A stretch of 64,000 bases of DNA from Anthoceros angustus (Eukaryota; Plantae; Anthocerotophyta), in the NCBI GenBank assembly GCA_010909165.1, contig VJWM01000103.1, positions 310,001 to 374,000 of the forward strand. The letters are read 5' to 3'. The position numbers and the translations under genes were made by a program. Shown here in pieces: positions 1-13,110 of this stretch (the stretch's first letter is position 1; every line of letters begins with the position of its first letter). Under the pieces are notes generated by a model, which saw nothing but the letters and a program-made list of their open reading frames with translations, was not told where the DNA came from and searched no databases.

Positions 1-3000
1 TCCTGCTGTTTCCAAGGAGATGGCTGGCAAGAATTGAAAGCAAATGTAAGGTGCCTTTCGAGACTCCGGGGCTAAGGCGAATAAACTTGTCTGGCAAAGG
101 CCCCCCTGCTTGTTGCAGTCAGAGTAGGAGTTTTTCTGTATGAGCAGGTCAAATGAGAGTTTTCTGTGTCAGCAAGTTTCCAATTGACCATGAAGGTGCA
201 TCGTTTTCCCCCATTTCACTCCTATGTCCAGAACACTTTAGATCCGCGACGATGTTTGGGACGAGGGTAAAGCATGCTCAGCAGTACTGTAATTTCAGCG
301 TATGACTTAATACCTTGTGGCAGTCCTGGTGAAGAATCTTATCAGTACTCTGTTGGTTTAACAGGAAGATACTGCTGCACCGGATGGAAGTCCCCGCACA
401 ATGGAAACATCTGATTTGAAAGTCAGTTTCGGTATGCTTGAAAACGTGGCGCCCTCTGCTGTGCTGAAGACGCCTGTCAAGAATCATCACGCTGCTGCTT
501 CCCATCCTCCCGCTGTGCCTTCCGGGGCAGCATGTGATAGTCAAACTTATGATGGTGGGGGTTTCCTGGTTTCAGAGAGTTTTCCTGGCCAAGTGGATGC
601 CCATGCTTTAAGTGAACCAAAGTTATATGGCCTGAACAATTCGGGCAAGATCAAGCTGGAAAGGGGCTTCCAAGCCGTTCAGAGCAAGACAAACGAAGAA
701 AGCGTCCAGATGCAGTTAGCAGTTGATGAGCCATTTTGTCTGTTATCAGACTGGTTACAAGGAGACAGCAGTGAGGATTTACGAGGTAAATTTGTTGCGA
801 AATAGGTGCTATTTGATTAAAACTTTTGCAACAGCACACTTGATTTGTGGGGCACTAAAATTTTCTGTTTTAGTTCATGGAAGGTTGCTTGGGTTAACCG
901 CTGATACAACTCCTGTACTTGATCTGGAAGGGTCAGAGCTTGATGTGGCTTCAGTGGTACTCACTTACCTTTGATGTCCGAAATTCTGGTTTTCCGTTGT
1001 TATCTCTGTCTAGGAGGAGAACTGGTGACCTTTTATTGAGAGTATTTCCGTAAAGATCTTGAGAATGGAAGCCAAGTATCCTCGTCTTTGGGACGCGCAG
1101 GAACAGCACGGAGTGCTACAGAACAAACCTCAACGAGATGAGGACTGTGCTCCTATAACAAGTGATGGCACACTCAATAATAAGGCACTCGCCTTTGTGG
1201 GTGCCCCCGAGGTTGGAGGCCTTGGGTACTCTGAAAGAAATGAGACACAAAGTTCATGTTTGAAGTTCATTGACCTTGACCGGATGAAGTCCCGCTGCAA
1301 TGTGAGGAAGGAGCAAGATACCTCCGTCCAATATGAAAGTTCTGTTACAAATGTGGAGGGTGAAGACGGTGTCCTCTTGAAAGACGTGGCAGGCCTGACG
1401 TGCTGGAATTATGACATGAATCAGCTGTCTGAGAGAAACGTTCACACTGAAGATAGTAAGGTCCTGAAGAACCGAAACTTGGTCCCCGTGGCCACCAGTG
1501 TGTCAAACTCGATAGACTTTGAGGATGATCTCAATGGTAGGATATGTCGTCAGAGTATTGACGGCCAAGCTCCTGCACAAGAAGGAAACGAGCCGGATGT
1601 TGCGACCGCTTTGGGGATGCAAGATGACCCTAGGGGAGGAGATTGCACTTTCAGCGAGTTGAATCAAAACACAGAATCTGTTCAATTGGCCAATGACAGT
1701 GTATGGGCTTGTTCCGACTGCGCGGAGCCTGTGTGTGATGTGCACTGTACCTTAAACGATTTGGTGGAAGTCCAACAACCGCAGGTAAGCTCGTTGCGAG
1801 TGACACACTGTGGAGTGGAAAATCTCCGGAGCATCGACCAGTGCAGTGTGCCAGGCATCATTTATCTTCACGAGGATGTGGAGAACACTCAGGTGGAAAT
1901 TGACAGAAACGGCTCTGATGGCATTTCCAGGGAACCTTATGAGCGTAAAATTCAGTTTCTCGAGGGGGATACAACTGTGGTTGCCAACTTGAGTGGTTCT
2001 AAGACCTCCAGCGCGACTTCTGATCGTGATATTGTCAAGAATCATACTGTTGGGCTCGTAGCCAACAGCGGGAATGGAGTGCACTGCAAGAGGACAAGAA
2101 TGCGTCCCGAGTTCAACGTCGAAGAGGACGCAACGATGGTATCCCCTGGCACTTCCGAGGGCCTCCAGCCAACATGTATGAGCAAAGAGTTAGCATTTTT
2201 CGTGAAGGCAAGGAGAGGAAACTTAGAAACCCGTTCAGGGTCAGCTCAACATCACAAGATACCGGAAGACCACACTTGTAACAGGACGGCAAGCGGTGCG
2301 AATTCTAACTACAAGCCGACCGGAAGCTGCTCGCAAGTCAACTATTCTACTCCCGAAATTCCTGACATCGAAGGCTCTTACCATGAGCACGAGGTTACAG
2401 TTCCCAGTCTTATAATGGACATAGTATGTTGCCTGCAATCGGAGTACACCAAGATTCTGGAAGCCAATGACAAAATCATTAGGAGCAGCAATGGAGGTTG
2501 CAGGGTTCCGACGAAACTGACAGGTGCCCCCAACTTACTGGCAGCTATTTTATGTGACGTCAAGGAAGCTACATCTAGGAGGGAGCAACCTCAGGTCTTG
2601 CAGGCACTCCTTTGCCTTCTGGTGCTACAGCAGACCTCAAGAATTCTGTGCAGTCAAGGTGTACGAGTTGCTTACCACTATTTAGAAAGCATGGTGAGGT
2701 CCATGAACTTTGCGCGTCTCACGTTTTTAGACCCGTGGGTTCTCGACTCTCGTAAGATGTTGCAACAGACGAGCAACCAAGTGGAGTTGGGCCAATTAGA
2801 AGAACACCCCAAGTTGATCATCCTAACGAACATACTACAGGGAAGGTTTGAAGCGGACATGAAGAGCAATCCAAATCGGCCAAAGCCGAAGGCGCTCATT
2901 TTGGCTGAGCGAAGAGCGTTCTTCACACTTCACAGTTGTCTACATAGTTTAAGACTCAAGGCCCTCGAGGTCGACACCGAAGAAGCCCTTCTGCAGCATG

Positions 3001-5801
3001 GAGACCTTATTCAAGACAAGACAGAGCTTCTGAATTTGGAGACTCAGCAAGCTTTATCATCCTTCGACTGTGTCCTGTTGCCTTATACGTAGGTGTTCCA
3101 ATGCACCGTTGCTTCCTACTTATTTCCATCTGGTTCTAATGCATTCCTTGGGCAACAGGTACCTCAACTCGCACTTTCCATTGGCTATCTTCTCAGTCAT
3201 CATACAATATGACGAGATACCATTTTCCTTGAAAACTCGAAGTGAGGTTGGTCGGCTTTTGAGTAGAGCACCTTGCCGCAGACATCTACTGAGGGTTGCC
3301 GAAGTGCATCCTGCTAAGGAGGTTTTAAACAGAGTGAGCAGACAGCTTGCTTATCATGCAACTCTTTCCATTCATTGGTCTTCGTCCTTGTCTCAACATG
3401 TCGGATTCATGTGCAGAACACAATCCAGCAAACCAGACAGGCAAGCATCTCCAGAACGTGCTCAACGACAACCACCGAACGACCCTTGCGGGACCCTCAT
3501 GTACTGCATGCTATCTGGACAAAGTCAACAGGGGAGTGCTTGTTTCATCTTTGTACATTTTGTGAGCTAAAGTTCTCCTCTGTTGTGTTGCCAACAGGGA
3601 ACGTGGCATCTGGAAACGTTGTCGGCATGCCAGGAGGGTCAAATTTCAGAGTCGACTGGGACGACGATTTCCCCACTCGGTGTTGCAGCTCAGTTGCAAA
3701 ACCACAGTGCAAGATCGTTGGCAGCACCTATGAAACCAAGTCAACGTACCTTCCAGACAACAACAAAGTGCATTGGCATTGACAATACACAGACTGGGGT
3801 TTTCAGACAATGCGAAATGATACTTATCGTTAACTCAGGACGAACCTCGGATGCGCGGATACGCAGCTTGTGCCAGAGAATCATACCCCAGGAGGACGAG
3901 AACTTGCAAGTAGTGGAAAGGGAGATGGCCGTTCCAGTTGATCTCATATTAAGTGCAGCAACGTGCCTCACAGTATACACTCCCGAAAGATTGAAGGACA
4001 ACATCAGCTGGGGTCCCATAAGACAAGGACCGGAAGCCATCTTATGCGATAATATGAAGGCAATAAGTCTCTGTTTCCACGTCTGTGTAATGGTAACGTC
4101 CTCCACATGCTATACATAGGGTTGTCTCGCTTATTATTAAGCTGTTACGCTTGTCCTGGGGTCCCTTGTGCAGATATTTCAAGGACCAACGTCGTTCACT
4201 TCAGCGGCTCTGCAACTTTCGGACAACCTGTATTCTTCTGCAGTGGCCTTGGGCATTAAAGTGCAATGCTTTGTCTCCAACTCCGAAAACTCCACTTCAA
4301 GCATCATGAAGGGTTGCGTTGAAGCTGTTAAAAGGACCAGAAAGCTGGAAGTATACCCAGTCATGCCAGACACGCCAACGGTGGAGGAGAACGTCCTAAC
4401 AAAGTTCCCTTGTATCAATCATCTCTCAGCACACGCCATTTTGTCATGCGGCGTCTCCTTGACTAGGTTCCTTTCATTTTCCCACGAGCAGCAGGTTGAA
4501 GCCACGCAGGCTTTTGATGTCCCCCCTAACAGCCTTATGCTATTCAAGGGTCAATACCAGTCCCGGAACCATGTAATCAACAGGTCAGCTACTATTCCCA
4601 TTGGAACTACCGCAGCCCTGGAGCATGAGTCCACTAGAGGAAATTACGACAGTGCATTTAGGGAGCATTATGTCAGAAGCTCAGCTGATATTCAAGCAGC
4701 ACATGCTGACGAGTTAGACACTGAGAATCAAGGTATTCGTCTCCGTCTTCCAGGAATGCAGACGTTACACGGTGCAAACTCTCCTCGTAGGTGTCTGAAC
4801 GGCATCAAAGGACAAGCTGTGGGAACGTCCCACCAGGGCGGTGCTACTATAGAAACACACAGCATGGCAAGGAAGCATGATGCAGATATTGAGCCATCTC
4901 TCCACGAGTATGCAAAGTTTAAACGAAGCTATGGTCTTGCCTCCGACGATGTGGAAAGTCAGCTTACCTCCTGTTCCAACCAGCTTGTGGCAGAGGACCA
5001 TGACAGTAGCTTCCCCTTCTTCCCTCCTGCAAGCATTATCAGTGGGGAAATGAATAATCAGTTAGAAGAAGATGACGAGTACACAGCACCTCCACTGCGT
5101 CAGTATGAGGACCAAGCACCAACTGCAAGTGCCCACCTCCGACAACAATCTTGTGTTGCAACCTTCAGTATGCATATGTCGAATGGCATACAAGACCCTC
5201 GAAGTGCCATAGACGAATGGATCAGAGCAGACAAAAAGGAAAGGATACCACTCACATGTTCAGCTGGAGCTGCTCCCACTAGGAAGAAAAGAGGCTATAT
5301 GATGCCTCAAAACAGCTCAAGCCCTTCACAGACAACTTATAAACCTCGATCAGTATCTCACAACGTGTCTCCAGATATCACTCCTTCCAAGGTACGAGCA
5401 GTTCTGAACCCGAGTGGTTTAGACCTGTTCCGACATGACACCAGAGAAGCACACATACTTGCACCGAAAATGTTACGACAGACAAAGCTACCATTCGCAC
5501 AGTATTCTCCAAGCCCTCATAAGCGCGGAGTGCAGTCAGCCAGTCCAATGAGATCATGGACACCTATGGATAAGAGAGCAAAGGAGGTACACTGTTTACG
5601 CTGCATTGGAATAAGTCGTTCAGTCTGTATGCTGCTGAACTTCCCCGGCTAATACTGGCAATGCATTGTTAACAGGACTTGTCCTATCAGAAGATGGGCC
5701 GGGAAAGTCAAAGTCACCGGATATGGGAAGAACCTGGTTCTGACACTCCGAAGAAGGCAAAGCGCACTATGGTGGGCAGCGTGTCCAGTCGTTTCTACTG
5801 A
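1..5801 (+). CDS. SHOC1: SHORTAGE IN CHIASMATA 1 / ZIP2-like meiotic XPF-family protein; multi-exon, 5' end upstream of the window
   Basis: Long ORFs 1059-3092, 3583-4119 and 4168-5652 are joined by short GT-AG introns. They contain an ERCC4/XPF-like segment (LQVVEREMAVPVDLILSAATCLTVYT), an HhH-like segment (EENVLTKFPCINHLSAHAILS) and the C-terminal WTPMDKRAK. Last exon 5676-5801 ends in TGA. Confidence 0.8.
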
Positions 5802-5892
5802 CCTTCCTATCCTTCAAAAGTATTTGTGAACTAGCACTGGTCATCGATGATCTAGCATCATCGCAAAGAATTGTGGGAGATTGCTTACCCTG

Positions 5893-7165
5893 TTAAGGTG
5901 CAAAATCCAAGGCATCCTTGTACTTGAAAGTCGGAGGGGGCTCTGGGCCAAAGGTATCCCAAGGTGACTCGATGAAAAGAAGCTTCCTGATCCGATTCCT
6001 CAGGATGGGTACCTATGATGGCAGAATCCATGCACATTGTATTTTCAGACTAACCATTCAGCTATTTGTGAGCAGGAGTAGGGGCTTGCGAGGGAAAAGA
6101 TGTGATGCACCAACCTCTTCCCACCTCAATGCCTGCCTTAATGCATCCAGCCTTTTCCGGTTTCTGCCATAGTCCTCGTAATCCACAGCACGAGATGCGG
6201 ATCGGATGCAGACCGTGGCATCTGATAACGGATCACTAAACAAGAACTCCACATCATCCATCACCCCATCATCATCAAGGAAGGTGGCATGAATGTACCT
6301 GAAGAAGAAGGATCAACCATAATGAAGTAGGCAACTGGGCAGGAGCAGGACCCTTCCAGGCATAAGAGTGGGTATGTTGTACCTATTTGCATCCTCCTGG
6401 ATTGTAGCACCTGCCTTTCTGAGCTCCTCTTTCAGCTGTGTGGAAGCAGCAAGTAGTTGACCTGGAAATTCCCAGGGCGCAACAAAGAAGATGGGCCTGA
6501 ACACATGGCATGATGCTTTGGTGACTGAGGGTACGCTTCTCGCTACGAGCCGCACATCCCGTACAAGGTAACACTAACCTGTCGTCGAAGGAAGACAGGC
6601 AATTGGCTACAGAGTTGCATGAGCCCAGTGTCTCATCCACTACACCAATGCAGGTAGCGCAGCTTCCTGTGCCAGGCTCCACCTGTTCTTTGAGCTGGTC
6701 CCATGGGAACTTTACCAAGCCCACTGGCTGAAGCTCGGCAGCTTGAGCACCGCCTGCCACCATACCCACATGCAGCAGCAAGACAGCGGCAAATTTTGCC
6801 ACCCTTGCGCTCGCCCATGCAAAACGTTGCAAAGCAGAACCGCGTTGGCTGGCATCGACATGCTCGATGTCGGAGCCAGGCGTGGGCTTGCGGGTTTCCC
6901 ATTCCTTAGCAGAGACAAGACGAGCGCTGATACAGGAAGACGTCCTTCCACGTATCGCCAGGCTGAGGAGTCTGAAAGGTGCATCCTGGCCGGATGGGGG
7001 CCCATCTATCTTCAAGCCCGTTCGAGGCCGAGCTTTGCGGACATTCTGTTTCCCCTTACATGCACTTCCTGCTGTCCAGGGCATCACGGAGGCTGGGACT
7101 CCCCACCGACTGTCAGGACAAGTGTAGGCGATAGTACTCATTCTTGCAAGGTGGGCGGGGTTCAT
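5893..7165 (-). CDS. DUF1499-family thylakoid lumenal 17.9 kDa-like protein, about 4 exons
   Basis: Transit peptide, then a hydrophobic signal ending AQA-AE, a Cys-rich CATCIG..CNSVANCLSSFDD segment, and the DUF1499 motifs DDVEFLF and RSASR...DYGRNRKRL. Last exon reads VPILRNR...DFAP*. Confidence 0.8.
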
Positions 7166-8637
7166 GTTGTGGGCAGTATCGAGATAGGGCACGTAGTTTG
7201 GGTGGTGTGCTGATCGCGAAAACTGGAAGGCTGGCGACGTAGCGCTCGGAAAATCGTTTCCGACAGACAGTCAGCATTTCAAGGTTAGCTTGGTCTGCTT
7301 CCTGAACTATTAGCAGTTCCTCATCTAGGTCTACAATTGAACAAGACAAAGGAATGACTTCCTGCTAGCCAGGGAGATGAGAGGGCTCCGCGTATCAGCC
7401 TCCAGGACAACAAGGGCGGGTTTGCAGAGGACCCGCTGAGACCCGGAACCCCCGGAGCGAGTTCATGTTTCGTTTCCATGCTCTTCGCTGGGCATGCCCC
7501 ATATCCTCGAATGAAGGCACGTGGCGGTATAAGTTTTTAGGGCGACCGGCAACGTCCCGTACCCATTTCGTCATTTCGTCACCTACCCGATCTCTAAAGA
7601 TTTTCATTGGCAGCCCGTCTACATTTCTTTCTCCTACGAGCGTTGTGTGTAGTGCGCTTTCAAATCAGTGCAAGCCCGTGAGCGATTTACTCTTCGCCAT
7701 CTACGCTGTGTGCCTGGTGCGCAGTGTGCAGGCTGGTGGTGCACTCTTGTGCATTGTGATTTGCGCAAGTGTTCAGCTCACATTGGCCTCACAACTTAGT
7801 GCCAGTTTACTCACTGTTATTATGGCCGTTGTGTCGGTTTTGAAATCTTTGATCAGTGATCTTCATGTACTTCAAGCACACAAAAAGTGGCATCATCGGA
7901 TTCGTCTAAACATATGAACCGAATTTCCAAAGCCTCAATTTTACTGAAAACAACAGTGCACGGTTCAAACCAACAAACAAACAAATGTATTCAAGCACCC
8001 CCGTCCTCCTGGAGCCGGCGTCCCTTCACGCAAGGAACTCTCGGCTAGAGGCCCACATGCTACACCTACTCTTGGTAATGACATTGTTGCACCACTTGTG
8101 GCTGCAAAGGAGTTTTTCAATAGGCTAGAGGTCGATGTGGTCGTTTCTCGAGCTTGGAAAGGATTCTGGAAGGGAGCGCATATTGATTATGACTTTTCAC
8201 TCTATGAATGATCGCCTCTAGGCTATGAAGGCTAGGTCTGTATTATGGATAACTCAGATATATATCAATGAGGATCTTACACCATTGCAATGGAAGACTA
8301 AGAAGGAGAAGTTACCCACTTTCAGAGCACTTGTACTGCAGATTAAGCGGCTTTCAATCGTGGGATGAATTGGTAGTGTTTGGCCCTCGTTCACGCAATT
8401 AGATTGACACTGGTAATTGATTGAAGATTATTTATCTTATTTAAATTAATTCAGACTATTTTACCACAATCTATGTAGTTATCATATTTCAGTCCCTTAT
8501 TTCATATCCTTGGTGGACTTAAATAAAATTTTCTTTCATTTTCTTCTACCCCATACGGACTACACCCCATGGTACGACCGCCCGCCCGCTGCGAGTCTTC
8601 CTACCGGCCTGGAGTCTTTCCTTTCGTCCATGTGGGC

Positions 8638-10647
8638 TTAAGGGGCGTAGAGATGGGGAGGCAAGCGAGGAGAAGGAATGGCGAGCAATGGACCACGGAG
8701 CTTGTTGGCGAGGCCCTCGGAGCAGGAGCGCAGGCTGACGGGATGCTCTGGAGATGGCTGCAGGTGGAAGGAGTGCAGGAGGCGAGCCAGGAGAAGGCCC
8801 TGGATCCGAGGGGCCAGCTTGATGCCCAGGCACTGCCGCTTGCCGGAGCCGAACACCAGCAGCTCCATGTGCTGCCCATTGGCTTCAATGTGGCTGGACG
8901 CGTCCTGACGCATAAACCTCTGCGGTAGGAAGCGGTCGGGGTCGGTCCACACCGCCGGGTCTCGGGCGATGCCGTAGAAGTTAACGAGCACGTTGGTGTG
9001 CGCAGGGATGTGGTATCCGGCGATCTCCGTCTCCACCGGGTTGGAGTGCGGGGGCGAGAGGGGCGCCGGGGGGTGCAGCCGCCACGCCTCCTTCATCACG
9101 GCGCGGAGGAAGGGGAGCTGGCTCAGGTCCGATTCTCGGACCACGCGCTCCCGGCCCACCACTGCGTCCAGCTCCTCGTACACGGTGCGAAGATGCTCCG
9201 GGTGGGCCAGCAGTTCTGCGAGCGTCCACTCCAGGGCTGTGGCCAGGCTCTCCGTCAGGCCGATCACCGCGAACTGGAATCAGCCAGGAACGCGCGTCGC
9301 ATGTCAGTCGACGTCGTGCTTCAGATCTAGAATGCACGCGAGACATCTGGAATGTATGTACCTGGAAGCCGCCTTTGATGGTGGTGTCCGAGAGCGGCCT
9401 CCCGTTATCGTCGCGCCACGCCAGAAGCGAGTCCAGCATGTCGCGTTCGGCCTCGGGTCGCGGCTTGAGCACAGGCAGTTGTGATCGTCGCTCGTCCACC
9501 AGGCCTTGGAAGAACAGGTCTAGGCGCCTGAAATTGTCGTGTACCCGCTTCCTGGTGGAGTAGTTTAGCAGCACGTCCAGGAACGACAGGCCCGGCAGCA
9601 CGTCGCTGATGAACACCTTGGTGATGAGCTCTGTCGTCTCCCCTACCAGCCCGTAAGCAGCTTTCATCCACTCATCCATGGTCTGCGTATATACAAGATA
9701 TCCAAAGCGGTCGATCAGGCTTGCAGCTTGATCGATATATCCCACTCCTGGAGCCCAACGTTAGACAATGCTGCAAAATCGATTCCAGGTATAAATTTCC
9801 TCACCTCGAGCATAGAGACGCGGTCGGGTTTGTCCCTCATGACCTGCTCATCCGGCAGGTGGCAGTAGCTCTTGCTACAGCAGTTTTGGGTGGCGGCATT
9901 CAGTAGCGCAGCGGTGATGGGAGCTGAAAGGTTTATCGCCGGAGGCTCAGAAGTCGGGGAGGAGAGCGACAAGTCCCGAACAAAGTGCATGATCTTGGCG
10001 AACTCCCGTTCCCTGCCTGGCAAGTACTTCTGCATCTGCTTTTCGGTCAGAAACTCCATGAACATCTGCTTCCTGTGAATTACAAAGTACACGGCAGTGG
10101 CACAGCATATGCATGTTACGTTTCAGTGAACACATCAAAAGATGAGATGAGCAATCAGCAATCAGGGCAGTAGTAGTGTAGGCCCAGGTACCGGTACGTA
10201 CTTGACAAGAAACTTCCAAGCAGGTCCGTGGGGGTCGTAAAAGGCCCCACCGTAGTACAGAAGATTGGAGATGGCGTAGGACGGACTCTGCTTGCGTCGA
10301 TGCGAGAAGAGCTTGTCTTGGTCCTTGAGGACATGCCTGGCCATGTCCGGGGAGTTTACTATCAGGGTTGGAATGTTCCCCATTTGCAACCACATGAGAG
10401 GCCCGTGCTGCCGGGACAGGGCCAGAATCTTCTCCTCCAGCCTCCCGCTTCCCTGCAGTTGCAACAGATTCCCCACCACAGGAAGGCCGCGTGGCCCTGG
10501 TGGCAGCCGGATCTTGTACCGTTGCTGCACATGATCAGCGGTCGCAGCAACGTTGGCGCACTTTTTCCTGCTCCTCCGAATCCGCTTCAGTGCCGCCAGC
10601 ATTGCGACAAGGGTGATGGCAGCGGCCACCATCCTCCAGGTCTCCAT
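8638..10647 (-). CDS. Cytochrome P450, CYP71 clan (A-type), 4 exons
   Basis: N-terminal anchor plus LPPGPRGLPVVGNL, K-helix EAWR, PDRFLPQRF and heme motif FGSGKRQCLG. Introns at about 10201-10074, 9804-9683 and 9361-9274 restore the reading frame. Confidence 0.93.
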
Positions 10648-10865
10648 TGCTGCGAGCGGATCAGAGCGTGGGGCAGTCCGCCTGCAAGCTTAAGGTGCTG
10701 GTCACTTGTGTTCGCATACTGAGGGAACGCTTACAATTCCTATTAATAGGGACATGCCGCACGCGCAGACACACACGCCCGCTTTCCACTACGTTTGTAT
10801 CACCCACATACTCCATGGGCACATGCCGTCCACACACACATGCCCGGTTTCCATTACCTTTTTCC

Positions 10866-11045
10866 AAATAGTCCATTGGAACATGCCGGTCCACACCATC
10901 ACCGAAATAGTCCATTGGGACATGCCGTACACACTTTCACCCAAATAGTCCATTGGGACCTGCCGTACACAGTATCACCCAAATAGTCCATTGGAACATG
11001 CCGTACACAGTATCACCCAAATAGTCCATTGGGACATGCCGTACA
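10866..11045. repeat. 38-bp minisatellite, about 5 copies (aaatagtccattggRacatgccgtacacagtatcaccc)
   Basis: Unit starts at 10866, 10905, 10943, 10981 and 11019. Confidence 0.9.
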
Positions 11046-11289
11046 TCCAGACATACGCCCTTGTTTCCACTACGTTTGTACCACCTAAACGGGAATGTGG
11101 AGACTTTATGTAAAAATATATATGAGAAAGTCCATCTATCCGGAGACGAAGGGGAATAACTCAAAGGGCACCATGCTAAGGGAACTAGTCTCCGCGATCG
11201 CCCATAGTGAAATTACTTATTGCTTCGAGAATGAAAGGGCCTACCTACTACAGGTGGTAGGTAAGCTCTTGCGTCCCTTGCGTTTGCTA

Positions 11290-12060
11290 CCGTGCTATAT
11301 ACCATGTTGGCCAAGGCCCTCTGCAGGGCAATGGACATCCATTGCCTACAGAAAGCCACTACACAAGAAAGCCGGGAACCCACCCCATTCTTGCGGCCCT
11401 ACATGTGGTAAGCCTTAGCACAGGCCTTGATGAACCCGGAAAAATCCTTGCCCATGGCCCCGTGGTTCTCGATGGCAAGGGGGATGAAGGCATGGTCTTC
11501 CTGCATGAGCGAGTACTTGTGAAGCTTCGCTGTCACGCATCTCTCCGCCACCCAATCTGGAGCATTGATTATGACAAGCTCGCAGACAGTATGTCCCGAG
11601 AAGGGTCTATGACAACCACATCGGCGACATAAACCTTATCCCCTCGGGTCAAAAACAGGTTAGCCTTGAGAGAAACGCCGTTGAGCAGTCTGAGTATAAG
11701 GCTTCTCCCTGTATGACCTTGCAGTCACCGGGCATAGCAAGGTTTGCCGCTTTAGGAATGTTAAGGCAAATGTGAGTGCACACAACCTTTAACCGATACC
11801 AATATAGGTTCCTTCCCCGAAAAACTACATTCTGTATGTCTATACACCTGGCCTCATTGGTAGTTCCGTATCACCTCCGTTCCCAGTCAAAAAGTGGCGA
11901 CAGGGCGATGACCATTCAAAAGAGCCCGAGGGGAGGAAAGTGCCATGCCCTTGCCATGTGCATGGCATGGCGGTTCGTGAAAGGATGAGGCTACACAAGC
12001 GAAGCCCGTCTTGTGGGCAGCCGGAAGAATCTTGTCCAGCCTATAGAAGCCAAGCACTAG
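11290..12060 (-). mobile_element. Decayed 3' end of a CRE-like non-LTR retrotransposon (restriction-like endonuclease domain)
   Basis: Minus-strand translation gives YVADVVVIDP, KLHKY....HAFIPLAIENHGAMGKDF and RQWMSIALQRALAN, the typical RLE and C-terminal motifs of CRE/R2-type elements. Stops and frameshifts are present. Confidence 0.7.
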
Positions 12061-12080
12061 ACTATGTAAGTATCTGACAT

Positions 12081-12210
12081 CATGGGGAATTGTAAGTGCT
12101 CCCCAAGTAATCTAACACGGTTGCATGGGGCATTGTAAGTGCTCCCCGAGTAATTTTACACGGTTGCATGGGACATTGTAAGTGCTCCCCGAGTAATCTA
12201 ACACGGTTGC
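12081..12210. repeat. 43-bp tandem repeat x3
   Basis: catgggg..ttgtaagtgctcccc.agtaat.t.acacggttg at 12081, 12124 and 12167. Confidence 0.9.
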
Positions 12211-12650
12211 GACCCAGCTTGCCGTCCGACTACCCCAGGCTCTGATTAGCTAACTCGCACAATTATAAGGATGCAATGTAGACAGTTATCAGGAAACAAT
12301 TACAACGATGTAATGTAGACAGTTTCCACTAAAAATTAAGCATTCTTTTGAAAGTTCGTTGAGTAACTATTACATTCACAGCCAATTCACATGCACAATT
12401 TTCATGTTTTGAAATTCGTAATGCAAAACCATCAGCTTGGACTTATCTATTGAATCATGTCTTATTTGTTGTGATCTTTTATATTGTTTATTTTTTAATC
12501 TATATTCAAATTGAATTCATTAGAAAGCAACTCAAAATGTGGCTAGATTAGCTTAGAACTTCTTACATTGGCTTAAGTAGCTTACAACTTCTTAGTGAGA
12601 GACCCTTAAATCAACATCAAGATAAAAATATAAAGGAAGGACTCAGAGTA

Positions 12651-13110
12651 TTCTTGTTGATGTTGTATTACTAAGGATATAATAGGTTTAAAGAGCATAA
12701 TGTAAAACACCATTGAAGGTGACAAAAGAACAATAACTGAAGGTGGGAATTCTTGTTCATGTTGTATTACTAAGGATGTAATAGGTTTAAAGACCATAAT
12801 GTAAAACACCATTGAAGGTGACAAAAGAACAATGACTGAAGGTAGGAAAAGAACGATCATTGAATGTGGCAAAAGAACGATTATTGAAGGTGGCAATAGA
12901 AAAAGTCCACAAAATGTGGCAAAAGTTCTTAGAGGTGGTATACAAGACCACGAAAGGTGGCACAATAAAAAATTGTTGAAAGATGGCATAAGACCAAAGC
13001 ATCATCAAAGACTACACAAGATGAAAGTGGAATACAAGACCATGAAAGGAAGCACAATCAAAGATCATTGAAGGTGGTATAAAACCAAAGCATCATCAAA
13101 GACTACTAAA
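12651..13110. repeat. 99-bp direct duplication followed by degenerate A-rich subrepeats
   Basis: ttcttgtt.atgttgtattactaagga...actgaaggt at about 12651 and 12750, then ttgaaggtgg-type subunits. Confidence 0.75.

Noticed and set aside
7980-8400. Possible TE-derived coding remnant
   Set aside because: No diagnostic motif could be read with confidence.
9683-9804. Apparent frameshift in the P450
   Set aside because: Resolved by a phase-0 intron using the acgcag acceptor at 9683.
12236-12254. tRNA-Met primer-binding site on the minus strand (..atcagagcc)
   Set aside because: It lacks the TGGT start, and no adjoining LTR or gag could be identified.
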